Origin: an uncultured bacterium
Lineage (GTDB): Bacteria > GCA-001730085
Assembly: GCA_964565945.1 (NCBI GenBank)
Contig: CAZMGY010000003.1
Location: forward strand, 1-32,000
Direction of reading: 5' to 3'
DNA: 32,000 nucleotides
This document shows positions 1 to 10,526 of the stretch, piece after piece; position 1 is the first letter of the stretch, and each line of letters begins with the position of its first letter. Both the position numbers and the translations under genes were made by a program. The notes below the pieces were generated by a model. The model had not been told where the DNA came from and ran no database searches. It was given only the letters and a program-made list of their open reading frames with translations.

Positions 1-427
1 ATCAGTTGTAACTGGTGTGGAAATGTTTCGTAAAGAAATGGATCAAGGTGAAGCTGGAGACAACGTTGGGTTGTTGCTTCGTGGTATTGAAAAAGATGAT
101 ATTGAGCGCGGTCAGGTGATTGCAAAGCCTGGATCGATCACGCCACATACAAAGTTTAAAGCGGAAGTGTATATTTTAACAAAAGAAGAAGGTGGGCGTC
201 ATACACCATTTTTTAAAGGATATCGTCCGCAGTTTTATTTCCGTACAACAGACATTACTGGCGAGGTTATTTTGCCAGAGGGTGTAGAAATGATTATGCC
301 TGGCGATAATATAAACATGGAAGTGAACTTGATTAACCCAGTGGCGATGGAAAAAGAGCTACGCTTTGCGATTCGTGAAGGTGGCCGGACCGTAGGTGCT
401 GGAGTTATTGCGGAGATTATTGAATAA
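1..427 (+). CDS. tuf: Elongation factor Tu, C-terminal part (5' end lies outside the window)
   Basis: The frame is open from the window edge. The translation ([23 protein letters not shown]...[17 protein letters not shown]) is the conserved EF-Tu domain II/III. Stop TAA at 425-427 overlaps the rpsJ ATG (TAATG). Confidence 0.97.
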   Translation, partial: SVVTGVEMFRKEMDQGEAGDNVGLLLRGIEKDDIERGQVIAKPGSITPHTKFKAEVYILTKEEGGRHTPFFKGYRPQFYFRTTDITGEVILPEGVEMIMPGDNINMEVNLINPVAMEKELRFAIREGGRTVGAGVIAEIIE

Positions 428-732
428 TGTCAGATAGAATTCGCATTCGGTTAAAAGGTTTTGATCATAAATTGCTTGATCAGTCAACGGAAGAGATTGT
501 TGAAACAGTTAAGCGTACGGGTGCCAAAATGTTAGGCCCTGTGCCCTTGCCTGTTAAGAGAGAGCGTTACTGTGTGTTGCGTTCGCCTCATGTGAATAAA
601 AAATCGCGGGAGATTTTTGAACTAAGAACGCACAAACGTTTGTTGGATATTATTGAGCCAACATCTAAAACGATGGATTCTTTAATGAAGTTAGATCTTT
701 CTGCTGGTGTTGATATTGAAATTAAAGTGTGA
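427..732 (+). CDS. rpsJ: 30S ribosomal protein S10
   Basis: 101-aa ORF ([18 protein letters not shown]...RTHKRLLDI) is canonical S10. It is the first gene of the S10 operon, directly after tuf. Confidence 0.98.
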   Translation: MSDRIRIRLKGFDHKLLDQSTEEIVETVKRTGAKMLGPVPLPVKRERYCVLRSPHVNKKSREIFELRTHKRLLDIIEPTSKTMDSLMKLDLSAGVDIEIKV

Positions 733-748
733 GTAAGGAACTGAAAAC

Positions 749-1378
749 ATGTTGGGCGTTTTGGGAAAGAAAATTGGAATGACACGATTGTACGATGTTG
801 TAGGAGAAGTGATTCCTGTGACAGTGGTTGAGGCAATTCCTGGTGTTGTTGTTCGAAAAAAAACAAATGAAAAAGACGGCTACAACGCTCTTCAAGTTGG
901 ATATCTAGATAAAAAGAAGAAGCATGTGACTAAGCCCGAAAAAGGGTATTTCGCGAAGCAAAACTTGAGCCCAAAGAAAAAACTTAAAGAGTTTCGTATC
1001 GAAGATCTTGAAGGTTATGACGTAGGTCAGGAAATTCAGGGTGTCGAACTTTTTGAGACAGGTGCTTTTGTTGACGTGACAGGGACGACTAAGGGGAAAG
1101 GTTATGCTGGTGTGATTAAACGTCACGGTTTTTCTCGTGGTCCAGAAACACATGGTAGTCGTCATCATCGTGAGCCTGGTTCGGTGGGAAGTACTGGTCC
1201 TTCTCGTGTATTGAAAGGGACGAAGCTTCCTGGGCGTAAAGGAAATAAGGTCTTTACTGTGCAGAATTTGAAAGTGATTAAAGTGGACGCAAAGACTGGA
1301 CTTATTTACCTTGGGGGAGCTGTTCCAGGTAATCGTTTTGGTCATGTGGTATTGAAGCCTGCGATCAAGAAGTTGTAG
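749..1378 (+). CDS. rplC: 50S ribosomal protein L3
   Basis: 209-aa ORF with [16 protein letters not shown] and a [13 protein letters not shown] motif. Position in the operon is conserved. Confidence 0.98.
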   Translation: MLGVLGKKIGMTRLYDVVGEVIPVTVVEAIPGVVVRKKTNEKDGYNALQVGYLDKKKKHVTKPEKGYFAKQNLSPKKKLKEFRIEDLEGYDVGQEIQGVELFETGAFVDVTGTTKGKGYAGVIKRHGFSRGPETHGSRHHREPGSVGSTGPSRVLKGTKLPGRKGNKVFTVQNLKVIKVDAKTGLIYLGGAVPGNRFGHVVLKPAIKKL

Positions 1379-1402
1379 GTAAGTTTTTAGGAGTTGAGTA
1401 CT

Positions 1403-2044
1403 GTGAGTGTTGTGGTAGTTGTAGATCAAAAAGGTAAAAAAGTCAAAGACTTAGGTTTACGGTCTGACTTTTTAACAGGAACAATTCATAAAGGGCTTGT
1501 GCATGAGTGTGTTCGCAAATATCGGGCTGCTCAACGCCAAGGGAATGCATCTTCTAAAACACGTGGTGAAGTTGTTGGAAGTGGGGCAAAACCTTGGAAA
1601 CAAAAAGGGACAGGTCGTGCGCGTTCTGGAACACGCAAGAGTCCAATTTGGAGAGGTGGAGGAGTTGTTTTTGGCCCTAAACATCGTTCGTACAATTTTC
1701 GTATGCCTAAAAAAATGAAGCGCTTGGCATTGTTATCATCTTTGCGTGCTCGTTTTCAGGGTGAACAATTTATTGTGGTTGATCAATGGGATGTTGCTTC
1801 GGTCAAGACCAAAGATATGTGTGCGATGCTTCAGGGGTTAAATGTTTCTTCAAACGTGTTGTTGGTGACGGCGGGCAAAGATGATCAGCTTTTGAAAATT
1901 GTAGCTAATTTGCCTGCGGTTTCGATTCGTGAAAGTGCTATTGTGAATGCCTTAGATGTGATTAGACGTAAAAGGCTTGTTCTGACCGAACAAGCTGTTT
2001 TGGACTTGCAAGAAAGATTGCAAGGCGTGGGAGGTGCCGAATGA
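1403..2044 (+). CDS. rplD: 50S ribosomal protein L4
   Basis: The [30 protein letters not shown] motif identifies L4. The ORF track starts at TTG 1394, but AGGAG at 1389-1393 abuts that codon. In-frame GTG 1403 has 9-nt spacing from the AGGAG and is the likelier start. Confidence 0.95.
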   Translation: MSVVVVVDQKGKKVKDLGLRSDFLTGTIHKGLVHECVRKYRAAQRQGNASSKTRGEVVGSGAKPWKQKGTGRARSGTRKSPIWRGGGVVFGPKHRSYNFRMPKKMKRLALLSSLRARFQGEQFIVVDQWDVASVKTKDMCAMLQGLNVSSNVLLVTAGKDDQLLKIVANLPAVSIRESAIVNALDVIRRKRLVLTEQAVLDLQERLQGVGGAE

Positions 2045-2319
2045 AAAGTCATTATGACGTAATTCGTTATCCCTATATTACCGAAAAGGGAACTGAGATG
2101 GCATTTCAAAATAAATATCAGTTTATTGTATCTATGGATGCCAATAAGATCGAAATTAAAAAAGCAATTGAAGATATTTACAATGTCAAAGTAAGCAAGG
2201 TGAATACCTCAAAAGTAAAATCGAAGATGAAACGTGTGCGTTTTCATGTTGGATCTACAGCTGAGCGTAAAAAGGCTGTTGTCACATTGGGGCAAGGCCA
2301 TTCAATTGAGCTTGTTTAG
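2041..2319 (+). CDS. rplW: 50S ribosomal protein L23
   Basis: 92-aa ORF (YDVIRYPYITEKG...) with an ATGA overlap with rplD. Position is conserved. Confidence 0.97.
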   Translation: MKSHYDVIRYPYITEKGTEMAFQNKYQFIVSMDANKIEIKKAIEDIYNVKVSKVNTSKVKSKMKRVRFHVGSTAERKKAVVTLGQGHSIELV

Positions 2320-2341
2320 TTGAATGAGAAGGAATTAAATC

Positions 2342-3169
2342 ATGGCGGTAAGAAATTATAAGCCAATTACACCTGGGACAAGACATCGCAGTGTGTTGAC
2401 TTTCGATGATATCACAAAGACGACCCCAGAAAAGTCTTTGCTTAAGCCGATTAAGAAAAAAGCTGGACGTAATAATGCTGGTCGAATCACTGTTAGACGT
2501 CGTGGGGGTGGTCATAAGCGTCGTTACCGTGTGATTGATTTTAAACGCAACAAGCACGATATTCCTGCTGTTGTTGAGAGTGTTGAATATGATCCTAATC
2601 GAACGGCTAATATTGCTCTTTTGCTTTATAAAGATGGGGAGCGACGGTATATCTTGGCAACCGAGGGAATGTCGGTTGGAGATACGGTTGTTTCGGGTGG
2701 AAAAGTTGAATTTGCAGAAGGTAATAGTTTGCCATTGAAATCAATGCCTTTGGGAACAATGATTCATAACATTGAGCTCAAACCAGGCAAGGGGGGGTGC
2801 ATGGTTCGCTCGGCAGGAGTTTCGGCTCAGCTGATGTCTCGTGAAGGTCTGTATGCCCTTATTAAATTGCCTTCTTCAGAAATACGTCTTGTTTCGGTTG
2901 AGTGCTACGCCACTATTGGCCAAATTGGCAACACTGATCATGGCAATATTTCTTTAGGTAAAGCTGGGGCTAGTCGTTGGAGAGGACGTCGTCCTAAAGT
3001 TCGTGGTGCAGCGATGAATCCTGTGGATCACCCCCATGGTGGTGGTGAAGGACGTGCGAAAGGTGGTTGTCATCCGGTGTCTCCGACGGGAGTTAAAGCT
3101 AAAGGCTTTAAGACACGTAAAAAGAGTAAACAAAGCAATAAGTTTATCGTTAAGAGACGTAATAGTTAA
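2342..3169 (+). CDS. rplB: 50S ribosomal protein L2
   Basis: 275-aa ORF with the [18 protein letters not shown] and [14 protein letters not shown] motifs. Confidence 0.98.
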   Translation: MAVRNYKPITPGTRHRSVLTFDDITKTTPEKSLLKPIKKKAGRNNAGRITVRRRGGGHKRRYRVIDFKRNKHDIPAVVESVEYDPNRTANIALLLYKDGERRYILATEGMSVGDTVVSGGKVEFAEGNSLPLKSMPLGTMIHNIELKPGKGGCMVRSAGVSAQLMSREGLYALIKLPSSEIRLVSVECYATIGQIGNTDHGNISLGKAGASRWRGRRPKVRGAAMNPVDHPHGGGEGRAKGGCHPVSPTGVKAKGFKTRKKSKQSNKFIVKRRNS

Positions 3170-3180
3170 GGAGAGATGAG

Positions 3181-3450
3181 ATGCCTCGTTCTCTAAAAAA
3201 GGGTCCTTTTGTAGATGACCACTTGATGGAAAAAGTTGATAAAATGAATGAAGCTGGCGAAAAAAAAATTATTAAAACTTGGTCACGTCGCTCGACGATT
3301 GTGCCAGACTTTATTGGTCATACGTTTGCGGTTCATAATGGCAAAATTTTTAATTCTGTTTTTGTGACTGAGAGTATGGTTGGTCACAAGTTGGGTGAGT
3401 TTTCACCGACCAGAATTTTTCGTAAACACAGCTCTAAAGGGAATAAATAG
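3181..3450 (+). CDS. rpsS: 30S ribosomal protein S19
   Basis: 89-aa ORF ([15 protein letters not shown]...HTFAVHNGK). Confidence 0.98.
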   Translation: MPRSLKKGPFVDDHLMEKVDKMNEAGEKKIIKTWSRRSTIVPDFIGHTFAVHNGKIFNSVFVTESMVGHKLGEFSPTRIFRKHSSKGNK

Positions 3451-3469
3451 GAAATAGGAGATTGCCGCG

Positions 3470-3826
3470 ATGGGATGTGTGGCTGTAGCAAAAAATAGAC
3501 ATATGAAAGTAACAGCAAGAAAAGTGCGTCTTGTTGTTGATACTATTCGTGGTTGTAACATCAATGATGCATTCCGTTTATTGGCGGTAAGTCCTAAGCG
3601 TGTTGCGTTTGATGTGGAAAAAACGTTAAAAAGTGCAGTGGCAAACGTGAATAATCGTGAAGATGCTGATACAATTGATATGGATGTTTTGTATGTGAAA
3701 GAAATTATGGTGGATGAAGGGTCTACAATGAAGCGTTGGGCTCCTCGTGCCATGGGACGTGCTTCACAAATTTTGAAACGCACAAGTCATTTAACAATTA
3801 AGCTTGGTGTTAAGGAAAGGGCATAA
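3470..3826 (+). CDS. rplV: 50S ribosomal protein L22
   Basis: 118-aa ORF ([15 protein letters not shown]...[16 protein letters not shown]). Confidence 0.97.
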   Translation: MGCVAVAKNRHMKVTARKVRLVVDTIRGCNINDAFRLLAVSPKRVAFDVEKTLKSAVANVNNREDADTIDMDVLYVKEIMVDEGSTMKRWAPRAMGRASQILKRTSHLTIKLGVKERA

Positions 3827-3828
3827 GA

Positions 3829-4503
3829 ATGGGTCAGAAGACGCATCCAATTGGATTTCGTTTAGGTATTGTAAAAGGTTGGCAGTCAACTTGGTTTGTT
3901 TCAAAAAATGAATTTGCCAAGTGCTTGCATCAAGATTTGAATATTCGTAAATTTATCAAAAAGCGTTTGGCTTTTGCGGGCATTTCATCTGTTAAGTTTG
4001 AGCGTGCTGGGGAGAAATTGCGTGTAAAGATTAGTGCTTCTCGCCCAGGTGTTGTGATTGGGCGTAAAGGAGTCGAAGTCGATAAATTGCGTGCGGATAT
4101 CGAAAAAATGGCCAAATGCCAAGTGTTTGTTGATATCAATGAAGTGAAAAAACCCGAAGTGGATGCACAGTTGGTGGCTGAAGGTGTGGCTCTTCAGTTA
4201 GAAAAGCGTGCCTCTTTTCGTCGCGCCATGAAAAAAGCGATTCAGGGTGCCTTAGCGGGCGGAGCGCTTGGCATCAAAATGGAAACCTCTGGTCGATTGG
4301 GTGGAGCAGAAATGTCTCGTCGCGAGGGATACAAAGAAGGCAAAATCCCTTTGCATACTTTGCGGGCCGATATTGATTATGGTTTTGCTCAAGCCTACAC
4401 AACTTATGGGGTGATTGGTGTTAAGGTTTGGATTTATAAAGGCGAAATTTTGAAAAAAGCTACTCAAAAAATTAAAGAAGAGTACGCACAAAAGGAGAAG
4501 TAG
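3829..4503 (+). CDS. rpsC: 30S ribosomal protein S3
   Basis: 224-aa ORF ([13 protein letters not shown]...) with KH-domain-like [11 protein letters not shown]. Confidence 0.98.
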   Translation: MGQKTHPIGFRLGIVKGWQSTWFVSKNEFAKCLHQDLNIRKFIKKRLAFAGISSVKFERAGEKLRVKISASRPGVVIGRKGVEVDKLRADIEKMAKCQVFVDINEVKKPEVDAQLVAEGVALQLEKRASFRRAMKKAIQGALAGGALGIKMETSGRLGGAEMSRREGYKEGKIPLHTLRADIDYGFAQAYTTYGVIGVKVWIYKGEILKKATQKIKEEYAQKEK

Positions 4504-4508
4504 ATCAT

Positions 4509-4922
4509 ATGGCTATGATGCCAAAAAAAGTTAAGTATCGTAAATCCCAACGTGGGCGCATGCGTGGTTTGGCCACCTCTGGTTCGACACTTGCCTTTGG
4601 ACGTTTTGGCTTGCAAACGTTGGAATGTTCTTGGATTGCGGCGCGCCAGATTGAAGCAGCTCGTGTGGCGATCAATCGTCACGTGCGTCGTGGTGGGAAA
4701 ATTTGGATCCGTTTGTTCCCAGATAAACCTATTTCGAAAAAACCAGCGGAAACGCGTATGGGTAAAGGTAAAGGTGATACGGAAATGTGGGTAGCTGTGG
4801 TTAGACCTGGTCGTATCATGTTTGAGTTAGATGGTGTTTCCGAACAATTGGCTCGTGAGGCTTTGCGCCTAGCAGCCTATAAGTTGCCTGTGAGAACAAA
4901 GTTTGTTTCCCGTATGCACTAG
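4509..4922 (+). CDS. rplP: 50S ribosomal protein L16
   Basis: 137-aa ORF ([18 protein letters not shown]...ETRMGKGKG). Confidence 0.98.
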   Translation: MAMMPKKVKYRKSQRGRMRGLATSGSTLAFGRFGLQTLECSWIAARQIEAARVAINRHVRRGGKIWIRLFPDKPISKKPAETRMGKGKGDTEMWVAVVRPGRIMFELDGVSEQLAREALRLAAYKLPVRTKFVSRMH

Positions 4923-4940
4923 TGTGGAGTTGGAAGATAT

Positions 4941-5141
4941 ATGAAGATGTCGGAAATTAATGAGTTAACGCTTGAAGAATTAGAGCAAAAAGAAGCTGAG
5001 CTTCGCGAAAGTTTGTTTAACTTAAGAACACAAAAGCAATTGGGTAAGATAGAAAAGCCTACACAGCTTCAGTTGTTTCGTCGTGATCTTGCTCGCGTTA
5101 AAACAGCGAAAACGGCCAAGGTGCAAGGAGAAGAATTATGA
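4941..5141 (+). CDS. rpmC: 50S ribosomal protein L29
   Basis: 66-aa ORF with [20 protein letters not shown]. Position between rplP and rpsQ is conserved. Confidence 0.95.
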   Translation: MKMSEINELTLEELEQKEAELRESLFNLRTQKQLGKIEKPTQLQLFRRDLARVKTAKTAKVQGEEL

Positions 5142-5395
5142 ATGAACCACATCGCAAAGAGTGCATAGGTGTTGTGGTGAGCAACAAGATGGACAAATCT
5201 ATTGTTGTGAAAGCGACAAAGCTTAAACGTCATCCTTTTTATGGCAAAGTGATTAAGAAGTCTCGCAAGTTTTATGCTCACGATCATAAAAATCAAGCTC
5301 AAATTGGGGATACAGTTAAAATTGTAGAGACTCGTCCTTTAAGTAAGTTAAAGCGCTGGAGACTAACAGAAATTATTGAAAAAGTTGCGAAATAA
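5138..5395 (+). CDS. rpsQ: 30S ribosomal protein S17
   Basis: 85-aa ORF ([39 protein letters not shown]) with an ATGA overlap with rpmC. Confidence 0.97.
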   Translation: MNEPHRKECIGVVVSNKMDKSIVVKATKLKRHPFYGKVIKKSRKFYAHDHKNQAQIGDTVKIVETRPLSKLKRWRLTEIIEKVAK

Positions 5396-5425
5396 GCTCA
5401 GTCAGTTAGAGGTAGGTAAGAAGTT

Positions 5426-5794
5426 ATGATACAAGCAGAAAGTCGATTAAAGGTAGCAGATAATACAGGAGCTAAAGAAATTCTTTGTATTAAAGTCTTG
5501 GGTGGATCACGTCGTCGCTACGCTCAAGTGGGTGATGTGATTGTTGTGACTGTCAAAGTTGCTGATCCTGGTGGATCTGTTAAAAAAGGGGATGTTTGTA
5601 AAGCCGTTGTGGTTCGTACTAAAAATCCAGTGCGCCGTAAAGATGGAACCCTTTTGCGTTTTGATCGTAATGCTGCTGTTATTATTGATGAAAACAAAAA
5701 CCCTAAAGGGACACGTATTTTTGGACCTATTGCTCGCGAGTTGCGTGATCGTGATTTTATGAAAATCATTTCGCTTGCGCCGGAGGTAATATAA
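5426..5794 (+). CDS. rplN: 50S ribosomal protein L14
   Basis: 122-aa ORF ([27 protein letters not shown]). Confidence 0.98.
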   Translation: MIQAESRLKVADNTGAKEILCIKVLGGSRRRYAQVGDVIVVTVKVADPGGSVKKGDVCKAVVVRTKNPVRRKDGTLLRFDRNAAVIIDENKNPKGTRIFGPIARELRDRDFMKIISLAPEVI

Positions 5795-5796
5795 TT

Positions 5797-6123
5797 ATGG
5801 TTGAAATTAGAAAACAACGTATTAAAAAAGGTGATAGGGTTATTGTTATCGCTGGAAAAAGCAAAGGTAAAACAGGGAAAGTGACTCAAGTTTTGCCTCA
5901 AAAAGGTCGTATTGTGATTGCTGGTGTGAATATTATGAAAAAACATGAGCGTCCAAGCCCTAAAAACGAAAAGGGTGGAATCATTGAAAGAGAAGCATCT
6001 CTTGATTATTCAAATGTGATGCTTTATTCTTCTAAGGAAAATAAAGGCGTTCGTGTTGGAATTAGGGAAAAGAAAGATAAAAAGATTGTTCGTGTCTGTC
6101 ATAAGACTGGAGAAGAATTTTAA
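5797..6123 (+). CDS. rplX: 50S ribosomal protein L24
   Basis: 108-aa ORF with KOW-like IKKGDRVIVIAGKSKGKTGKV. Confidence 0.96.
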   Translation: MVEIRKQRIKKGDRVIVIAGKSKGKTGKVTQVLPQKGRIVIAGVNIMKKHERPSPKNEKGGIIEREASLDYSNVMLYSSKENKGVRVGIREKKDKKIVRVCHKTGEEF

Positions 6124-6134
6124 GGATTAAGGCT

Positions 6135-6680
6135 ATGGCAAATCGTTTATTTGAAAAGTATAAAAGTAAAATTGTTCCCGAGCTTATGAAAAAGTTCGAA
6201 TTGAAAAACATTATGGAAACTCCATGTCTTAATAAAGTTGTGATTAACATGGGTGTTGGAGCTGCAGCCCAAGAGCCAAAATATCTTGAGTATGCAATGG
6301 CCGATTTGGAATTGATTTCGGGACAAAAGCCGATGGCGACAGTTGCTAAAAAAGCCGAGGCAGGATTTAAAATTCGTGAGGGGATGAAGATTGGAACCAA
6401 AGTAACCTTGCGCGGAGGTCGTATGTATGCATTTTTCGACAAGTTGGTGAATGTGGCTATTCCAAGAATCAAGGACTTTCGTGGGGTCTCTTCTAAGTCT
6501 TTTGATGGGCAAGGTAATTATGCCATGGGTCTTAAAGAGCAAGTGATTTTTCCTGAGATTGATCCTGATACGATTAAACGTCCTCAAGGAATGGATATTA
6601 TTTTTGAAGTTAATTGTCTTTCTGTTGAACATTCGCGTGAACTTTTAAAGTTGATGGGAATGCCTTTAAAAGAGAAATAG
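6135..6680 (+). CDS. rplE: 50S ribosomal protein L5
   Basis: 181-aa ORF ([18 protein letters not shown]...IPRIKDFRG). Confidence 0.98.
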   Translation: MANRLFEKYKSKIVPELMKKFELKNIMETPCLNKVVINMGVGAAAQEPKYLEYAMADLELISGQKPMATVAKKAEAGFKIREGMKIGTKVTLRGGRMYAFFDKLVNVAIPRIKDFRGVSSKSFDGQGNYAMGLKEQVIFPEIDPDTIKRPQGMDIIFEVNCLSVEHSRELLKLMGMPLKEK

Positions 6681-6694
6681 GAGAGGAGGCTGTT

Positions 6695-6880
6695 GTGGCT
6701 AAAGAATGTTTAATTCATAAACAAAGACGTCAACCTAAGTTTGCTGTGCGTGCTTACACACGTTGCCAACAATGTGGCCGTCCTAAAGGATATTATCGCC
6801 GTTTTCAGTTGTGTCGGATTTGTTTGAGAAAACTTGCTTTGCAAGGGGAAATCCCTGGCTTAGTTAAAGCAAGCTTGTAA
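6695..6880 (+). CDS. rpsN: 30S ribosomal protein S14, short zinc-ribbon (type Z) form
   Basis: 61-aa ORF with a GTG start and the CxxC...CxxC pattern ([20 protein letters not shown]). Confidence 0.96.
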   Translation: MAKECLIHKQRRQPKFAVRAYTRCQQCGRPKGYYRRFQLCRICLRKLALQGEIPGLVKASL

Positions 6881-6901
6881 GAATTGTAGGAGAATAAAGA
6901 A

Positions 6902-7300
6902 ATGTCGATGAATGACCCAATTGCGGATATGTTAACGCGCTTGCGCAATGCCAATCAAGCTTTGCATAAAGAAACAGTTATGCCTGCTTCTAAAATTAAA
7001 GTTGGTGTTATGAAAATCTTGAAAGACAATGGCTTTATTTCGGATTTTTCTATTGAAGAAAAAGGTATTAAAAAAACCATTCGTGTCACCCTAAAATACG
7101 GACTTAACCAAGAGCGTGTCTTGCAAGGGATTCAACGGACGAGCCGTGGAAGTCGTCGCGTTTATGTAAATCGTGATGAGCTTCCTAAAGTACAAGGTGG
7201 TTTAGGTGTTGCTATTTTAACGACATCTAAAGGCATTATCACAGATGCAGAAGCTCGTCGTGAAGGTATTGGTGGCGAACTTATTTGTAAGGTTTGGTAG
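6902..7300 (+). CDS. rpsH: 30S ribosomal protein S8
   Basis: 132-aa ORF (NDPIADMLTRLRNA...). Confidence 0.98.
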   Translation: MSMNDPIADMLTRLRNANQALHKETVMPASKIKVGVMKILKDNGFISDFSIEEKGIKKTIRVTLKYGLNQERVLQGIQRTSRGSRRVYVNRDELPKVQGGLGVAILTTSKGIITDAEARREGIGGELICKVW

Positions 7301-7309
7301 GAGAAAAAC

Positions 7310-7846
7310 ATGTCACGAATTGGAAAATTACCCGTTCAGGTGCCTAGTACCGTTAAGGTTAACATCGGAATCGAGATTATCTCTGTGGAAGGTCCTAAAG
7401 GAAAGTTAGAGTGCTCTTTGTTTGAAGGTGTTACGCTGGCTCAAGAAGGCGAACAAATTATTGTTGTTCCTGATTCTAAAAGCAAGAAATCTCGTGCTAT
7501 GCATGGTTTGGTTCGTGCTTTGCTGGCCAACATGGTGACTGGTGTGAGCGAAGGGTTTACGAAAAAATTAGAAATTATTGGGATTGGTTATCGTGTCCAG
7601 GCCAAAGGAAATACGTTGGACTTAACGATTGGTAAGTCACATCCTGTTCTTTTTGAAGTACCCAAAGAACTTACAGTGACTGTGTCGGATCCTACGCATT
7701 TTAAAATTTCTGGAGCTGATAAACAGCTCGTTGGTCAAGTGGCTGCAAATATTCGCGCGCTCTACCCACCAGAACCTTACAAAGGTAAAGGTATTCGCTA
7801 TGAAGGTGAGTATGTGCGTCGTAAAGCTGGAAAATCTGTAGGATAG
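7310..7846 (+). CDS. rplF: 50S ribosomal protein L6
   Basis: 178-aa ORF (MSRIGKLPVQVPSTVKV...PEPYKGKGIRY). Confidence 0.98.
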   Translation: MSRIGKLPVQVPSTVKVNIGIEIISVEGPKGKLECSLFEGVTLAQEGEQIIVVPDSKSKKSRAMHGLVRALLANMVTGVSEGFTKKLEIIGIGYRVQAKGNTLDLTIGKSHPVLFEVPKELTVTVSDPTHFKISGADKQLVGQVAANIRALYPPEPYKGKGIRYEGEYVRRKAGKSVG

Positions 7847-7858
7847 TGAGGCTTTCTG

Positions 7859-8233
7859 ATGACAAGATTAAGAGTATCTGAAAAAAGACGCAATGCACGT
7901 ATTAATCGTCACCATCGTGTGAGACAAAAAGTAAAAGGAACACCTGTGCGTCCTCGCTTGGCTGTTTTTCGTTCTGCGAAACATATTTATGGACAATTGA
8001 TTGACGACATTGATCATCGCGTGATTTGTGCTGCATCAACCATGAATAAAAACTTTAATGCCGAAGGAGCAACTGGAAATATTGTTTCTGCACAGCAGGT
8101 GGGTGCCACACTGGGACAGCTTGCTAAGGACAAGGGTGTTAATCAAGTGGTTTTCGACAAAGGTGGTTACCTTTATCATGGCCGTGTGAAGGCCTTGGCT
8201 GACGCCGTGCGTGAAGCTGGCATTAATTTTTAA
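7859..8233 (+). CDS. rplR: 50S ribosomal protein L18
   Basis: 124-aa ORF (RHHRVRQKVKGTPVRPRLAVFRSAKHIYGQLIDD). Confidence 0.97.
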   Translation: MTRLRVSEKRRNARINRHHRVRQKVKGTPVRPRLAVFRSAKHIYGQLIDDIDHRVICAASTMNKNFNAEGATGNIVSAQQVGATLGQLAKDKGVNQVVFDKGGYLYHGRVKALADAVREAGINF

Positions 8234-8249
8234 GGAAAGGAGGATTCTG

Positions 8250-8753
8250 GTGAAGTTTAATAAACGCATTCAGCTTAATGAGGCTAATATTGAAGAGCGT
8301 GTTGTTAAAATCAATCGTGTTACCAAAGTAGTGACTGGGGGGCGTCGTTTTAGTTTGAATGCTCTTGCGGTTGTTGGTGACACCGAAGGTTGTGTGGGTT
8401 GTGGTGCAGGAAAAGGTAATGAAGTTCCTGATGCAATCCGTAAAGCCCTCAAAAATGCTAAAAAAAATGTTTGCAAGATTGCTCTTGAAGGCACAAGCAT
8501 TCCTTACGAAGTTGAAGCTCAGTTTTCTGCGGCACACGTTTTATTAAAACCAGCTCCAGAAGGGACAGGAATTATTGCAGGTACTGCTGTGCGCGCTGTG
8601 ATGGAAGTAGTTGGAATTCATGATGTTGTGACTAAATCTTTAGGCTCGGGTAATCAAGCTAACATCGTCAAAGCGACATTAAAAGCTCTCGAAAGTCTTC
8701 GTAGTAAAAAAGATGTAGAGCGTTTGAGAGGAGTTAAGATTAATGCAGCTTAA
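8250..8753 (+). CDS. rpsE: 30S ribosomal protein S5
   Basis: [24 protein letters not shown] identifies S5. The track start at 8211 lies inside rplR. In-frame GTG 8250 is preceded by AAGGAGG (8237-8243), so it is used as the start. Confidence 0.95.
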   Translation: MKFNKRIQLNEANIEERVVKINRVTKVVTGGRRFSLNALAVVGDTEGCVGCGAGKGNEVPDAIRKALKNAKKNVCKIALEGTSIPYEVEAQFSAAHVLLKPAPEGTGIIAGTAVRAVMEVVGIHDVVTKSLGSGNQANIVKATLKALESLRSKKDVERLRGVKINAA

Positions 8754-9195
8754 TGAATTGTCTCCGGCAAAGAAGTCGCAACATTCACGTAAACGTGTCG
8801 GTCGTGGAGATGGATCTGGTTTGGGGAAAACCAGTGGTCGTGGGGAAAAAGGACAAAAAGCGCGTTCAGGTGGTGGCGTTCGTCTTGGTTTCGAGGGAGG
8901 GCAAATGCCTTTGACTCGTCGTGTGCCAAAGCGAGGTTTCACTAATATTTTTGCTAAAAAGTTTGCTTTGGTGAATCTGGAGCAACTAAGTTGTTTTCAA
9001 GAGGGTAGCGAGGTGACAGCTAAAGAATTTAAGCAAAAAGGTTTTGTTTCTTCGGTGAATACGCCTGTCAAAATTTTGGCGCGAGGGGATCTTTCGATTA
9101 ATATTCAGGTGAAAGCCAATGCTTGTTCCCATGCAGCCCAAAAAAAGATTGAGGAAGCTGGTGGAACATTGGAGATTATTCAATGTTTCGAGTGA
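8743..9195 (+). CDS. rplO: 50S ribosomal protein L15
   Basis: 150-aa ORF (RKRVGRGDGSGLGKTSGRGEKGQKARSGG). It overlaps the rpsE end by 11 nt, leaving no room for an rpmD gene between them. Confidence 0.97.
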   Translation: MQLNELSPAKKSQHSRKRVGRGDGSGLGKTSGRGEKGQKARSGGGVRLGFEGGQMPLTRRVPKRGFTNIFAKKFALVNLEQLSCFQEGSEVTAKEFKQKGFVSSVNTPVKILARGDLSINIQVKANACSHAAQKKIEEAGGTLEIIQCFE

Positions 9196-10526
9196 TTCAA
9201 GACATTTTTAGGATCAAAGATCTAAAAAAGAAGATTTTATTTACTTTAGGTCTTTTAGCGGTGTATCGAATTGGGGCGTTTATTCCGACTCCTGGAGTTG
9301 ATGGTCACGAATTAAGTCGTTTTTTTACGTCTATGTCTGGTGGCGGGGGAACCTTGTTTGGCATTATGAATATGTTTTCGGGGGGTGCGATGCAAAAGTG
9401 CACCATTTTTGCCTTAGGAATTATGCCTTACATCAGTGCTTCAATCATTCTCCAGTTGTTAACAGTAGTGATCCCTTATTTGGAGCGTTTGGCCAAAGAA
9501 GGGGAGCTTGGTCGCCACAAGATGGGGCAATACACGCGTTACGGAACCATTGTATTGAGTGCAATTCAAGCCTTTTTCATTGCCATGTGGCTTGAGAATG
9601 GCACCAACTTTCGTGACTTTTTGGTTGTGCCTAATCCTGGATTGCTATTTAAATTAAATGTTGTGCTGACCTTGACCGCTGGAACAGCCTTTATTATGTG
9701 GTTGGGCGAAAAAATCACTGAAAAAGGAATTGGCAATGGGATTTCTCTCATCATTGCGGCGGGAATTTTATCGCGTGCACCTTTCGCCTTTATGCAAATG
9801 TTTACTTTGCTAGCACCTTTTCAGCCTGAACGTCGTCAGATTGAGCCAGTGATTGCGTTGGTGATGCTAGGCATTTTTGTATCGATTATTGTGGGTGTGA
9901 TTTTGATCACTCAAGGGCAACGCAAAATTCCTGTTCAGTATGCGCGTCGAGTGGTTGGGCGTAAAGTTTATGGCGGCCAAAACACGTATTTGCCACTTAA
10001 AATAAATCAAGCGGGTGTGATTCCGATCATTTTTGCCTCGTCGGTTTTGATGTTTCCGGCAACGATGGCGGGTCTTATGCCAAATTCTTTTTTTCAAGGT
10101 ATCTCGAACGCTTTACAGTACGGTGAGCCCCTCTACTTGGCTTTGGAAGTTTTCTTTATTTTGTTTTTCACCTTTTTTTATACTGCTATCACCTTTAATC
10201 CAATCGAAATTGCCGAAATGATGAAGCGAAATGGAGGCTTTATTCCTGGTATTCGTCCAGGTAAGCCTACTTCGGAGTACTTGGATGCCATTATGATGAA
10301 AGTTACCACGGCTGGTGCAGTTTTTTTGGCGATTATTGCCATTATGCCAGGGATTGTTTATGGGTACGCAAAACTGCCTTTTGATGTGGCAAGTTTTTTT
10401 GGGGGAACGGGGTTGCTGATTATTGTTGGTGTTGTTTTAGATACCATGAAGCAAATTGAAAGCCAATTATTAATGCGCCACTATGAAGGCTTTATGACTA
10501 AAGGTAAAATTAAAGGTCGGCGTTAA
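9183..10526 (+). CDS. secY: Preprotein translocase subunit SecY
   Basis: 447-aa polytopic membrane ORF (LLAVYRIGAFIPTPGVD...GIMPYISASII...INQAGVIPIIFASS). Position after rplO is conserved. Confidence 0.98.
   Translation: MFRVIQDIFRIKDLKKKILFTLGLLAVYRIGAFIPTPGVDGHELSRFFTSMSGGGGTLFGIMNMFSGGAMQKCTIFALGIMPYISASIILQLLTVVIPYLERLAKEGELGRHKMGQYTRYGTIVLSAIQAFFIAMWLENGTNFRDFLVVPNPGLLFKLNVVLTLTAGTAFIMWLGEKITEKGIGNGISLIIAAGILSRAPFAFMQMFTLLAPFQPERRQIEPVIALVMLGIFVSIIVGVILITQGQRKIPVQYARRVVGRKVYGGQNTYLPLKINQAGVIPIIFASSVLMFPATMAGLMPNSFFQGISNALQYGEPLYLALEVFFILFFTFFYTAITFNPIEIAEMMKRNGGFIPGIRPGKPTSEYLDAIMMKVTTAGAVFLAIIAIMPGIVYGYAKLPFDVASFFGGTGLLIIVGVVLDTMKQIESQLLMRHYEGFMTKGKIKGRR

Noticed and set aside
8211-8249. 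The 5' extension of the rpsE ORF (MKLALIFKERRIL...) given by the ORF track.
   Set aside because: The extension overlaps the end of rplR and has no S5 homology. GTG 8250, preceded by AAGGAGG, gives the canonical S5 N-terminus.
8743-8753. Absence of rpmD (L30) between rpsE and rplO as a possible deletion.
   Set aside because: rpsE and rplO overlap directly with no remnant sequence. L30 is known to be naturally absent from a number of bacterial lineages, so this is a lineage trait rather than an anomaly.
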